Of a stretch of DNA of 32,000 bases, positions 1 to 9,476 are shown piece by piece; the stretch's first letter is position 1; every line of letters starts with the position of its first letter. The notes below the pieces were generated by a model. That model saw only the letters and a list, made by a program, of their open reading frames with translations, was not told where the DNA came from and did no database searches. Origin of the DNA: an uncultured Nitrososphaerales archaeon (GTDB lineage: Archaea; Thermoproteota; Nitrososphaeria; Nitrososphaerales; Nitrososphaeraceae); the NCBI GenBank assembly GCA_963841565.1, contig CAWJCY010000005.1, forward strand, positions 1-32,000, written 5' to 3'. A program made the translations under genes and the position numbers.

Positions 1-833
1 TATATTATAGAAGAAAACTAGATAAGGTTATACTATATTTGGTGTTGATTCGTCAGCAGCAGAATGTATAATATTATTGTAAAAAGCGAGCTGCGTAATT
101 AAGATTGAATCTAGACCTCAATTGCCGCCTTATCTATGTTTGAACCCACAAGGATAGTGTATTGCGCAAAATAGATTGAAAACGAGAGGGGCGCAGCAAT
201 GAATAACATGAAAGGATTTGACCGCCACATATCTGCCATATTAATGACAGTATTGATGAAAAGTATCTCTAATTTTTTTGACATAGCATAATAATATTAT
301 AATATGAAAGGATAGAGCGACCCAGCCAGTTACCCACCTGGATCGCCCTACAATGTCAATAAGGAGCGTAGAAATCGCAGGGATTTCTACTTATTATAGA
401 TACTCCCTGCTTCATAATATGTTCTCAACACAGTAACTGTTTATTTGGTATTAGTAAATAGAATCAATCATTCTAGCTTATTAGTTTCTTGAAGCATATT
501 GTTTGTGCCCGAGTTTAACAAGAGAGTAGAGGCCCATGGAAGAAATTCTGCAAAAGCCAGGGAGTTGTAGAATTCAGTTAATCGTACCAATGCCATTTAA
601 CAAGGAGCAAGTTTACCTGTTGCAAGAGCTACAATCATGAGTTAGTAGGAAAATACTCAGAATGCATACATCGATGCTTATTCCTGCTAAATCAAGTAGC
701 TTCTTGCGGTATTAAATTTGTTGCTCCTACCACCTTCTAAATATGAAACCTCACAATGTTTTACCTATCATAGGTACACGGCAGGGATGATAAATTATAA
801 ATGGTCAAACAAAATCACGAAACTCTCTCCTCT

Positions 834-1631
834 TCAATTATACCGAGTTTCACTGATACAGGAGTACATCCTACTCATAGATAGATAGTTATTTGGAGGT
901 GGTCGGGGATTGAACTGTTCCAAAATAACATCCGTTACCATCGCAATGATCTTCGGAATAGTTCTTGCGGCCTCAATGATTTCCTTTTGTAATGATGCAT
1001 CGGATTCAATTACCAATGAACCCTGCATAATTGTAACATTGATACCAAAAGAATTATCATACCTTTTCCATTTAAGAATTGAAACACCAGAATCATTGAT
1101 TTTTCCTACCCATCTAAGATTTTCGAACCATTTCCCTGTTAGCTTTGAGGTTATACTATCAATATCAAATTTAGTAAAATGCATATCCAAATACGCTAGT
1201 TGAGTATATTTTTTGTCCCTTTTGTAGTTATTCATTGAAGTTGAAGTTGTGTCCATGCCTAGATGTCGTCCTAATTTAGTTAATCGAAATCCATAGTGTT
1301 TGATTTGTTCAATTAGGCCCAAATCAATGAGTCTCTTAATCGATCTACTAAGGCTTTGCTGATGCATATTAAGCTCCCTTACTAATCCATTGAAAGTATA
1401 GCTTGGGTCACCATTTGCATTGCCTTTTAGAAGTAACAGAATCTTGTTATCGTTGTCGTGTAATCCATTGAATGCTGCTGAATTTATTGCAAAGGACTTG
1501 TTGCCATCAGTGCCATCAACTAACAGTGCCTGTTGACTTGGTAAGCCACCACGTGATTCAGAATAGATGTCATCTGGTAATCTAGTACCATCTCCATCAT
1601 TCTCCACTGGAATATCTGATTCGTTGGACAC
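834..1631 (-). CDS. winged-helix (MarR/ArsR-like) DNA-binding protein with uncharacterised C-terminal domain
   Basis: 265-aa ORF. The segment FNGLVRELNMHQQSLSRSIKRLIDLGLIEQIKHYGFRLTKLGRHL has the recognition-helix plus wing pattern of archaeal wHTH regulators. The N-terminus is an acidic low-complexity tail, and I recognise no motif in the remainder. Confidence 0.5.
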   Translation of the reverse strand: MSNESDIPVENDGDGTRLPDDIYSESRGGLPSQQALLVDGTDGNKSFAINSAAFNGLHDNDNKILLLLKGNANGDPSYTFNGLVRELNMHQQSLSRSIKRLIDLGLIEQIKHYGFRLTKLGRHLGMDTTSTSMNNYKRDKKYTQLAYLDMHFTKFDIDSITSKLTGKWFENLRWVGKINDSGVSILKWKRYDNSFGINVTIMQGSLVIESDASLQKEIIEAARTIPKIIAMVTDVILEQFNPRPPPNNYLSMSRMYSCISETRYN

Positions 1632-1974
1632 TAGTTTATGATTTCTACCATTTTCTCCAATATTAGCCTTTTCGCTTCATTATGGAGCTTCGACTTAATT
1701 TCAAAGGCAGGGTGAAGATCTATATGATGGTATGTACGAAATAACACCAATATGGTAAGTTTACAATTTTGTCGCAGATGGATGAAGTGAATTTATCCGC
1801 CAACTGCAGGTGGTGGAAGACATCAGAATACAATTTTCTTAGTTCAGAGAACGTCAAATTGAATCTTTTCATGTTCCCTTACAATAGTCGTCTTAGAATT
1901 ATAAAAAATATAGTATAATCCCTCATAATACGTATAAATCATTTTTGCTAACTAATTTAGGGGAGATTGAGATA

Positions 1975-2217
1975 ATGAAGGAATTAATTGGACGTAAATT
2001 CTTTGTAATAAATCTGCTTTTTCTTGTTGGCGCCCCTTTTCTAATTCTTGCCGAATATGGACAAGTTGAAATCAGAGCCCTGGTTGAACCTAGTTTCATT
2101 TCTCTAAATTCAAGCAGCACAAACAACGATGAAAATGATACCGATGTCTTGAGTAATGATAGCCTGTCTGATGAAAAAATGCAGATACAGATCTGTGATG
2201 CATCTCATCCTTGCTGA
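1975..2217 (+). CDS. hypothetical small protein with N-terminal hydrophobic segment and acidic Ser/Asp-rich tail
   Basis: ATG at 1975 inside tracked ORF 1945..2217. MKELIGRKFFVINLLFLVGAPFLILAEY looks like a signal or TM segment, and a TATA-like cgtataaatc lies about 35 nt upstream. I recognise no homology. The 3' end overlaps a C/D-box-like motif arrangement (see findings), so coding status is uncertain. Confidence 0.25.
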   Translation: MKELIGRKFFVINLLFLVGAPFLILAEYGQVEIRALVEPSFISLNSSSTNNDENDTDVLSNDSLSDEKMQIQICDASHPC

Positions 2218-2280
2218 ATTCATTGCCAACATAGAACACTATACATAAATCACTTAACATTTCCTGAAACATATGGTAGC

Positions 2281-2290
2281 AATATATATG
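2281..2290 (+). promoter_or_regulatory. TATA-like box upstream of the C2H2 mini-ORF (leaderless spacing)
   Basis: aatatatatg is centred about 28 nt upstream of the ATG at 2313. This is the spacing expected for an archaeal leaderless or short-leader transcript. Confidence 0.3.
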
Positions 2291-2312
2291 TGCATTATCC
2301 CTTACTAGTAAC

Positions 2313-2438
2313 ATGTCCGAATACGTCGACGGCACCTTTAGGTGTACGATATGCGCAAAGGAATTCCTTACGAAAAAGGACGCTGATTCTCATTACCGCG
2401 AGGATCACTCTACCGAAGTCGTCGATATCCATGAATGA
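2313..2438 (+). CDS. stand-alone C2H2-type zinc-finger microprotein (41 aa)
   Basis: My own translation is MSEYVDGTFRCTICAKEFLTKKDADSHYREDHSTEVVDIHE*. FRCTICAKEF...HYREDH fits F-x-C-x2-C-x3-F-x8-H-x4-H (C-x2-C-x12-H-x4-H). The ORF is below the 60-aa cutoff of the track and has a TATA-like element at leaderless distance. Confidence 0.5.
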   Translation: MSEYVDGTFRCTICAKEFLTKKDADSHYREDHSTEVVDIHE

Positions 2439-2869
2439 AAATCAAATTTGGTTAGCACCACCCGGCTAGAACGATTATGATTAAGTAGGTTTCAAGATGT
2501 GTCATTTATCTTATTCACTTAGAAGTAATCGAAATATGAAATTTTTAAGCCGCCGATGGTGCACCCTTTTCTCCATATCATACCTAACTTGCTTGTAGAG
2601 ATAGCGGATTAGTTACGGACAACTGCCACGAAAACGTAAAAAATGACCTACTTTCTTTCGTACCCTAAATCCCTACCTTTTTGTGTCTGCTGTCTGATTT
2701 CTATCAATAGAAACCGATAGATTTACCTGTCATATCAATATTAACCATGGCAAATAAATGACTCACAACTTCCTGGTCTCTTACTATAGGATCAAGACGT
2801 GAATTGGTTCATATCTATCCACTATGATATTCAATACTAATAATTCTTACATCATTTATTATAGCATCT

Positions 2870-2939
2870 CAATTGAAACTAATAATATAACATTCAATTG
2901 AAACTAATAATATAACATTCAATCGAACCTGTTAATATA
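2870..2939. repeat. 25-bp tandem direct repeat, 2 perfect copies plus a degenerate third
   Basis: caattgaaactaataatataacatt occurs at 2870..2894 and 2895..2919, followed by caatcgaacctgttaatata. Each unit carries an A/T-rich TATA-like core. The repeat lies immediately upstream of ORF 2956..3390. Confidence 0.9.
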
Positions 2940-2955
2940 TCCAAAATTTCATCCA

Positions 2956-3390
2956 TTGAATATAATTATGCTGGAATGCAACAACAACTATGGAAATAAT
3001 AGTAGAAATGATTTGCGCAAAGTTTGTGAAGCGGCTTTATCTGCTAGTAGAAACGTAATATTTGCCGCTTTGGTGAATACAAACGGGATACTGATTGTTG
3101 GTAAGTATAGATGTGATCATCTTTCCAAGTTATCTAGGTCATCTTCTGAAAAGATTAGTACAGATGTATCTAAGGGTTGTGTATTCTATCTGGAACGATT
3201 GCTGCCATATTTAATGGGGGCAGGGAGGATAAACAATAAAACTAACAAGAATGGCGGGAATCTAACAAAAAGGGATGGAGAACGAATAGAATTAGATCTG
3301 TTAAATGTAGATGGAAAAGTCAAGACGGCCATTACCCGGATTCCAGAACTACCAAATATGTTTTTGTGTGTCGAGTACATTTCAAGTTAA
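2956..3390 (+). CDS. hypothetical protein
   Basis: 144-aa ORF with a TTG start at 2956 and an alternative ATG at 2968. AALVNTNGILIVGKY weakly resembles roadblock/LC7-type folds, but this is not enough for a call. Confidence 0.35.
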   Translation: MNIIMLECNNNYGNNSRNDLRKVCEAALSASRNVIFAALVNTNGILIVGKYRCDHLSKLSRSSSEKISTDVSKGCVFYLERLLPYLMGAGRINNKTNKNGGNLTKRDGERIELDLLNVDGKVKTAITRIPELPNMFLCVEYISS

Positions 3391-3867
3391 GAATCCCTAC
3401 AATTGAATTTCTGATTGAGAATCGATCACGACATTCGCAATTTTTTTGCCTTTTGAGGCCAGTGACATTTGTTTGACGTAGAATCGGCAGTCATTTTGCA
3501 TCAACTACTATCAAAGAATTAAATAGAATCATACAATAGACGATGACTGATTGTAACATATAGTGAATAATCCAATTGCTGTTTGTTTGTTAAATACTTC
3601 CATCGCTAAAACCCAGAGCATCGTTCGCAAAAACCCAGTTGTTGCAAATAGTTATGTTTATCAATGTCTTGCTTAATCATTCAGCGCCTAATCAATCAGC
3701 TGAAATAGCTCCCTACGAAAATTGTAAAATTGAACAATACAAAAAATAAATCTATTTTTATTAGATAAGAGGCGGGCAATTTTTATAGGAGGACAAAGTA
3801 CGAACAATATGAGCGTATATTAAGAGCAAGGATTAGATAGCCTTTAAGAGGGCCAAACAGGTCGGTT

Positions 3868-5139
3868 TTGATGTTAAATTCCATTGCTACTAAGAAAGCG
3901 GTTATTTCGTTAATGCTTGCAAGAATATTCTATACTGTAAATTGGTTTAATATCCCCGCTATTTTCATTTTCATAGCTGTTGATTTTGACGAGGATATCT
4001 CTGTATTAGGACTAATAACTGCGAGTTTTTTTATCGGCGTTGGTCTCTTTCAAGTTCTCGCGGGAATTCTCGCTGCCAAATATTCTCCAAGAAAAATTGC
4101 CATTCTTGGTATTGCAATCGCTTCTACAGCAGTTTTTTTCTCTTCATTCTCCATAGATTTGTTGTCTATTGCAGTACTAAGATTTATCGTAGGCTTAGGG
4201 ATGGCTTTTTTCTTTGGTCCAAGTGTTATACTAGTTTCAGAATATGTGGGAAAGCAATCTGAAGGCTTAGGCATGGGGCTACTCAATTCAGCCCATGCAA
4301 TTGGTGGAATCATAGGCCTCTTTGTATGGGTTTTAGTGGCGGAGTTCCTTGGATGGAGATTAAGTATAGTTCTGAGTGCAATAGCTGGTCTCATAACCTT
4401 AATAATCCTACAAATGTGGTTACCGAAAATAACTGAACCGCGTCCGAATCAACGGGGGAAAATAAGACCTGACATAAACAGTGAACACAAGAAAAAGACC
4501 CAAGACATGGGTAGCGAAATTGACGTTGAACAACGAAGATTTAATTTTAAGATCAAGTTTGGCGACGTACAAAATATACTGCTTAATAAGTCGCTCATTA
4601 AACTAGGTCTGGTATTACTTGGATTTCAAGTTGGTTCAGGCCTGATCTGGTCTTTTATCGTATTTTATCTCGCAGACCACATTAAGATAGATCCGGCAAT
4701 AGCAGGTCTAATTGGAAGTCTCAATCTGATTGTGGCCCTAATATCCTCTCCGATAATTGGAAAAGCATATGACAAACTAGGAAATGCAAGAAAACTGCTG
4801 GCGATATCTGGAATCATATCTGCAGTTAGCATAATGATGATTGGAGTCCTGCAATCTCAAGTTTTCCTCATTGGTATTTCTGTAGTTGTGGCAGGTTTCT
4901 TTCTATCGTGGGGTTTTGTAATAGTCTATGTTAAGGCTAAACAAGTGAACACACAATCTCCTCCAGCCTACCAGACGCTTTCTGTAAGTTATGTTAACGG
5001 TATTTCCTTATTTGGTGCCTTTTGGATACCCATACTTATTGCTCACATAATCAATCAATTTGGATACGTGAGCGCTTGGATTGTAGGAGGAGTGATATTT
5101 CTTGCATTGGTCATTCCAATCTTAACATTAGAAGAATGA
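3868..5139 (+). CDS. major facilitator superfamily (MFS) transporter
   Basis: 423 aa with a 6+6 pattern of hydrophobic helices split by a charged central loop (PKITEPRPNQRGKIRPDINSEHKKKTQ...). The length and topology are typical of MFS. Substrate is unknown. Confidence 0.85.
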   Translation: MMLNSIATKKAVISLMLARIFYTVNWFNIPAIFIFIAVDFDEDISVLGLITASFFIGVGLFQVLAGILAAKYSPRKIAILGIAIASTAVFFSSFSIDLLSIAVLRFIVGLGMAFFFGPSVILVSEYVGKQSEGLGMGLLNSAHAIGGIIGLFVWVLVAEFLGWRLSIVLSAIAGLITLIILQMWLPKITEPRPNQRGKIRPDINSEHKKKTQDMGSEIDVEQRRFNFKIKFGDVQNILLNKSLIKLGLVLLGFQVGSGLIWSFIVFYLADHIKIDPAIAGLIGSLNLIVALISSPIIGKAYDKLGNARKLLAISGIISAVSIMMIGVLQSQVFLIGISVVVAGFFLSWGFVIVYVKAKQVNTQSPPAYQTLSVSYVNGISLFGAFWIPILIAHIINQFGYVSAWIVGGVIFLALVIPILTLEE

Positions 5140-5573
5140 TTTTGTGTGTATTAAAGTTGAGGAGGCAGATAATAAAAGTAGCTCGGGCCATTGTGCACAT
5201 TCGTAATTTTTTGTAAAGTTTGGTCAAGAAAAAACCCAATATAGAAGTGTCAATATGTCATTTAGTCTACCTTGCAGAAGCATACGAAAATAAATAAAAG
5301 AGACACGATAATGGCAATTTCGTAATCAAAGGGCGCATAATTTGTTATGATGGCATAATTTGTACCGTTTGACTCAATGACTACCGATAAATTGATCAAT
5401 AAATATGCTCATTCATAACTATTAACAAGCATTAGACCAAGATGTAGTTGGTGAGCTAGATATTAACTAACGATACAACAGAGGAGCTTACAACATATCA
5501 CAATATAGCTTGCAGTGCGGGAAATGTTAACGGTACAGGAGCATACGAAAACACAAATCAATTAAAGAATATC

Positions 5574-5984
5574 ATGCTTGGTGAGCACGACTCGTCATTT
5601 GAAAGTATAAAATATGATATGGTGGACGTGGTGGATCCAATACGGCTGGCTGCGGTGGGTGACCGGTATCCTTATCATACCTCTACTCAAGGCGTCGTGC
5701 TTTACAAGAAACGAGGTAGTGAACATAGCTTCTTAATGCTCCACTGGACTATTTTAAAGCTGTCGTACCAAGCGAGCAATGAAGGAGAACTTCAAACCAA
5801 AAGATCTCTACTTAAGGCAATCCCGCCACATGATCCAGAAAATACGTTAGTGTCCTGTACTGAAGAAGAAGCGTTTGACTTTCTGTACAGCCTGTATGGT
5901 TCTAACAGGAATTCGGACGTTACTGATGAAGAAATAGATCAGATTCTGAAAATTTATCTTCCAAACAAGTCCATTTCAAGATAG
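5574..5984 (+). CDS. hypothetical protein
   Basis: 136-aa ORF with normal, non-repetitive composition and no recognisable motif. Confidence 0.4.
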   Translation: MLGEHDSSFESIKYDMVDVVDPIRLAAVGDRYPYHTSTQGVVLYKKRGSEHSFLMLHWTILKLSYQASNEGELQTKRSLLKAIPPHDPENTLVSCTEEEAFDFLYSLYGSNRNSDVTDEEIDQILKIYLPNKSISR

Positions 5985-6239
5985 GTTCTGCAATATACCA
6001 AGGACTGGTTCAAATAAGCTTGTTTTTTGGACGTTTGCAAAAATCGTCAAGTGGGATGCAGCGTATAATTCTAAACTACCTCCTATAAGCTGTCGAATGG
6101 GTTGTAATAATCTGAGTCATGAAATTATGTTATAATCCTCTATTTGGTTTAAATCCAATGCGAAAAATAATTGTCAGTAAATGAAAAAATTCATGATTAG
6201 GCTCCAAAAAATTCATTAAAATTATGGAGAGTATAACTT

Positions 6240-6623
6240 ATGTCGTTGTCTATTGATGAACTACAAGAGATGCGAATTGCTTTTCAAGGATTACAAACCT
6301 TGTATCAAACATATCTTCCTAAGGCAGATCCAATACTAGTAAATGACTTACTAGTTCATGAACAAAAAAAATACCGACCAAATAATCCACTATCTCCATC
6401 TGATTACTACACGGTTGAAATTTCAACTAAAGACGGAAAAGAGTTTGAGAGAATGAGAGAAATGATTCAAAAGAAAACTGGCTTATTTCCGTCAATATAT
6501 GACGACGGTACCCGTTTCGTGCTAAACATGGAGTTGAATCTAGAAATATTAAGAGGAATTTGCAATTCTGATGAGAATATAATAAAGGTGACCGGGCATT
6601 ATGCAGGGGCAAACCAGAAGTAA
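6240..6623 (+). CDS. hypothetical protein
   Basis: 127-aa ORF with balanced composition and no recognisable motif. Confidence 0.45.
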   Translation: MSLSIDELQEMRIAFQGLQTLYQTYLPKADPILVNDLLVHEQKKYRPNNPLSPSDYYTVEISTKDGKEFERMREMIQKKTGLFPSIYDDGTRFVLNMELNLEILRGICNSDENIIKVTGHYAGANQK

Positions 6624-6922
6624 GTAAATCCTCTGTTCTCGCACGCACGAAACCCTAAAGAGATACGGGCAGGGTGCCGAACAAGAATAATTATCATTTT
6701 TGAGAGATTGCAATTGCGCTCTACCAAAAATAACGACAATGTTCAGTCGCTCTATTCTATACACAATAAAGCATAGCTGTAAATGTACGACATTAAGCAG
6801 CAGATATTAGTTCATCATGTTTATGTCGAATACGTATCAGTGAAATTTAGGAATTATCTCATCGAATTCATTATAACAGGCAATACTAGTCTGCTTATCG
6901 CATTTGGCCGTCTGAGAATGTC

Positions 6923-7423
6923 CTAAAGGTGAGCCCTTAACATCCAGGCCATCTTCTCATGGATTTCCATCAATCCGGTTAGGAAATCGTTTGTACCAAT
7001 GTCATGATACTTTGTGTCACATATTTCGAGATCTGAACGCAGACTGCGAATAATTTGTTCGTGATCCCCTAATAATTTAGAAATCATCTTGAGGTCACCT
7101 GGATACTCTCCAGGACTCTCTTTGAGTCTGGACTCCTTGACAAATTCAGTCAATGTAGCTATTGACATTCCTCCGAGTGTCCTTGTACGCTCGGCTACGT
7201 CATCAATCAATTCATCAAGTTTTTCATATTGTTCTTGAAAAAATTTATGTCTATCGTTAAAATGAGATCCTGTCACATTCCAATGATAATTTCTTGTTTT
7301 AGTATACAAGATATACTCGTCTGCAAGTAATGTGTTTAGAATCTTGACAACACCTTCTCTATTATGTTGAGAAATTCCTATATTCAAGTCACTCTTTGTC
7401 TTTTCAAGCGTTCTTAATGTCAT
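6923..7423 (-). CDS. dps: Dps family DNA-protection / mini-ferritin protein
   Basis: 166 aa. LNTLLADEYILYTKTRNYHWNVTGSHFNDRHKFFQEQYEKLDELIDDVAERTRTLGG matches the Dps ferroxidase-centre helices (HW...H...D..E). Confidence 0.9.
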   Translation of the reverse strand: MTLRTLEKTKSDLNIGISQHNREGVVKILNTLLADEYILYTKTRNYHWNVTGSHFNDRHKFFQEQYEKLDELIDDVAERTRTLGGMSIATLTEFVKESRLKESPGEYPGDLKMISKLLGDHEQIIRSLRSDLEICDTKYHDIGTNDFLTGLMEIHEKMAWMLRAHL

Positions 7424-7682
7424 TCTATTATACCATATTTATAATATCAATGTATAAAAAGATCTCAGACCTGGTTCGCACCTATATAAGATCATTAAAC
7501 ACTTGGCATTCCAAATCTGAATATCTTACCGTACTAGATTAATGTCCCCTGATCTTGTTGATGTTATCATAAATCAATCTGTGGCAGCAACAAATGAGAT
7601 AAAATTCTTAGCGTAAAATTATAGAAAACTTTTATAGAATTTATAATACATTTGTTAATATTATTCTAATAATATATTATTT

Positions 7683-7979
7683 GTGATGAAACAACTAAGA
7701 CAACAACATAGAAGCCGGTCGGAGATAATAGCGTCTATTCTTGCAACAACAAACGGCAATCAGATAAGGCAAACCGAAATACTCTACAAAACATATCTCT
7801 CACATACGCTCTTGAAGGACTATTTGTTGTTCTTAATTGAGAATGATTTAATAGAATATGCTACTGGAGATAGAACATTTAAAACCACTGAGAAAGGTAT
7901 GCGTTTTCTTAGAATGTACTCACAGATGAATGACCTGATGATTTTGAAGCAGCAGCAAGTAGTGCAATTTACTAAATGA
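7683..7979 (+). CDS. small winged-helix transcriptional regulator (archaeal HTH_45-like)
   Basis: 98 aa. SEIIASILATT...IRQTEILYKTYLSHTLLKDYLLFLIENDLIEY...RTFKTTEKGMRFLRMYSQMNDL is a clear paralogue of ORF 14023..14292. The gene is divergent from dps. Confidence 0.7.
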   Translation: MMKQLRQQHRSRSEIIASILATTNGNQIRQTEILYKTYLSHTLLKDYLLFLIENDLIEYATGDRTFKTTEKGMRFLRMYSQMNDLMILKQQQVVQFTK

Positions 7980-8153
7980 AAGCATCTTGAAATGCGAATC
8001 AAATTGTAACAAGCTGTCGGATTTTCATAGGCGTTGAATTACTGTCATAAACCCGCTTACTGCAAACTTGAATACAAACATTTTTCTGTAAATTCTCACT
8101 GCATTTTCTTAGCGTATTATTATATATTCTAGATCAACAACTAAATTATTATC

Positions 8154-8618
8154 GTGGGCTCACTAATGGATAAATTTTCAGAATCCCGAAGCAATAGTTT
8201 ACGGAATCGAGGGGTCACGAAATTGCTATTGGTCAATAATGATTTTGAACCTGCGATGAGCTTGAAGAAAGGTTTAGAGGATTATGGCTTCAAAGTTTAT
8301 TATTTTGCGAATGTACTCGCAGCACTCCACGATATTGAGAAAAGCAAAAAGGTCAATTACGATATGATATTATTTGACATCAATCCATCTAATACTGAAT
8401 ATTTACTCTTTGCCAAACAAATTAGGGAATTGAGCCACACCGTGAAGATGTTTCTTATGAGTTCGCGTGAAATTGAAGACAAGGTTATACGTAACGCTAT
8501 GACGGCAGGTATTAATGAGATAATAATGAAACCAATTTCAGCCGAAAACCTCAACATAGTGTTACAAGACTACATCGATGGAATCAACAATCCACTAGAT
8601 TCAGCACTTAAACTTTGA
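8154..8618 (+). CDS. single-domain response regulator (CheY-like receiver)
   Basis: 154 aa. It has a beta1 acidic site (LLLVNNDFE), a phospho-acceptor Asp context (DMILFDINPS), a Ser/Thr position (FLMSSRE) and a conserved Lys (IIMKPIS). There is no output domain and no kinase in the window. The start is GTG at 8154, with an alternative ATG at 8166. Confidence 0.75.
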   Translation: MGSLMDKFSESRSNSLRNRGVTKLLLVNNDFEPAMSLKKGLEDYGFKVYYFANVLAALHDIEKSKKVNYDMILFDINPSNTEYLLFAKQIRELSHTVKMFLMSSREIEDKVIRNAMTAGINEIIMKPISAENLNIVLQDYIDGINNPLDSALKL

Positions 8619-8888
8619 TACTCGAATTTCATTGTTGGCTGTTGCGTAATGAACACTCAAATGAAGTAATAATTATTGGAATTGAGGTCAAAAACGCCAA
8701 GATGAAGGAATAGTTGCGCCCCAAGCCTTTCATGAAGGGGGTTAGCAAACTATAATTAATATTCGTAATACAGAAATCACGACTGTTTTTCAAACGTCTT
8801 AAATAAAGTCCTAGTATATCTTCACTATCAATTAGCTAAGAGGATATTTGCGTAGTATATAAAAGAATTATGAATGCAAGTATCATAG

Positions 8889-9125
8889 GTGCAAATGTCC
8901 AGGAATACTCGAATTGAAATCTTGTCGAACAAACCCATCCCCTTGCAAGGGATGGTTGAAGAGGATGTATTTGTAGATCAACAGCCTAATCCTCAGACAT
9001 TAATTTCGCAACTGGATATTGAAATTGAATGTCCTCGATGTAATGAGGTCTTGGAGCTTTATTCCGATTTTGATAGATTATATTATTGTTGCGAGAGTTG
9101 TAGTTTGCATCTGCACGTTGGATAA
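8889..9125 (+). CDS. small zinc-ribbon protein
   Basis: 78 aa with CPRC...CCESC (two CxxC knuckles about 15 residues apart). The start is GTG at 8889, with an alternative ATG at 8894. Confidence 0.5.
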   Translation: MQMSRNTRIEILSNKPIPLQGMVEEDVFVDQQPNPQTLISQLDIEIECPRCNEVLELYSDFDRLYYCCESCSLHLHVG

Positions 9126-9443
9126 AGAGCCGAAAACTTTGATATATGCAGCATTCCAGTCGTAAAATCTTCTACTCTACAAAACACGCTCGTTTAACTG
9201 CCGCATATGAAATTAATTGCAGCAAATAATCATTTCACTACCCCACAACATGCCTAATTTCCTCGGAAGCTCGGAGATCCAGTGCTGCACTCGAACTAAG
9301 CCTCCATACTGGATAAATATAATTATGCATATATTCCTTCCAGATAATCTCATAAATGATTTTAGGATAGAATTACTATATAGAAAAATCTGTTAAATGT
9401 ACTAAAAAAAACGTATTATCTTATCTTAGAGACATTCTTAATG

Positions 9444-9459
9444 CTTAAATAATATATAT
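9444..9459 (+). promoter_or_regulatory. TATA-like box for the repeat-protein gene
   Basis: cttaaataatatatat is centred about 25 nt upstream of the ATG at 9477, which is leaderless spacing. Confidence 0.3.
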
Positions 9460-9476
9460 CGTTCTTGCAGACGAAG

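Noticed and set aside
1720-1872. 50-aa minus-strand ORF (MKRFNLTFSELRKLYSDVFHH...) upstream of the wHTH gene, and 30-36-aa ORFs at 199..291, 536..640 and 29312..29422.
   Set aside because: They have no recognisable motif, promoter context or other support. In AT-rich DNA, ORFs of this size arise by chance.
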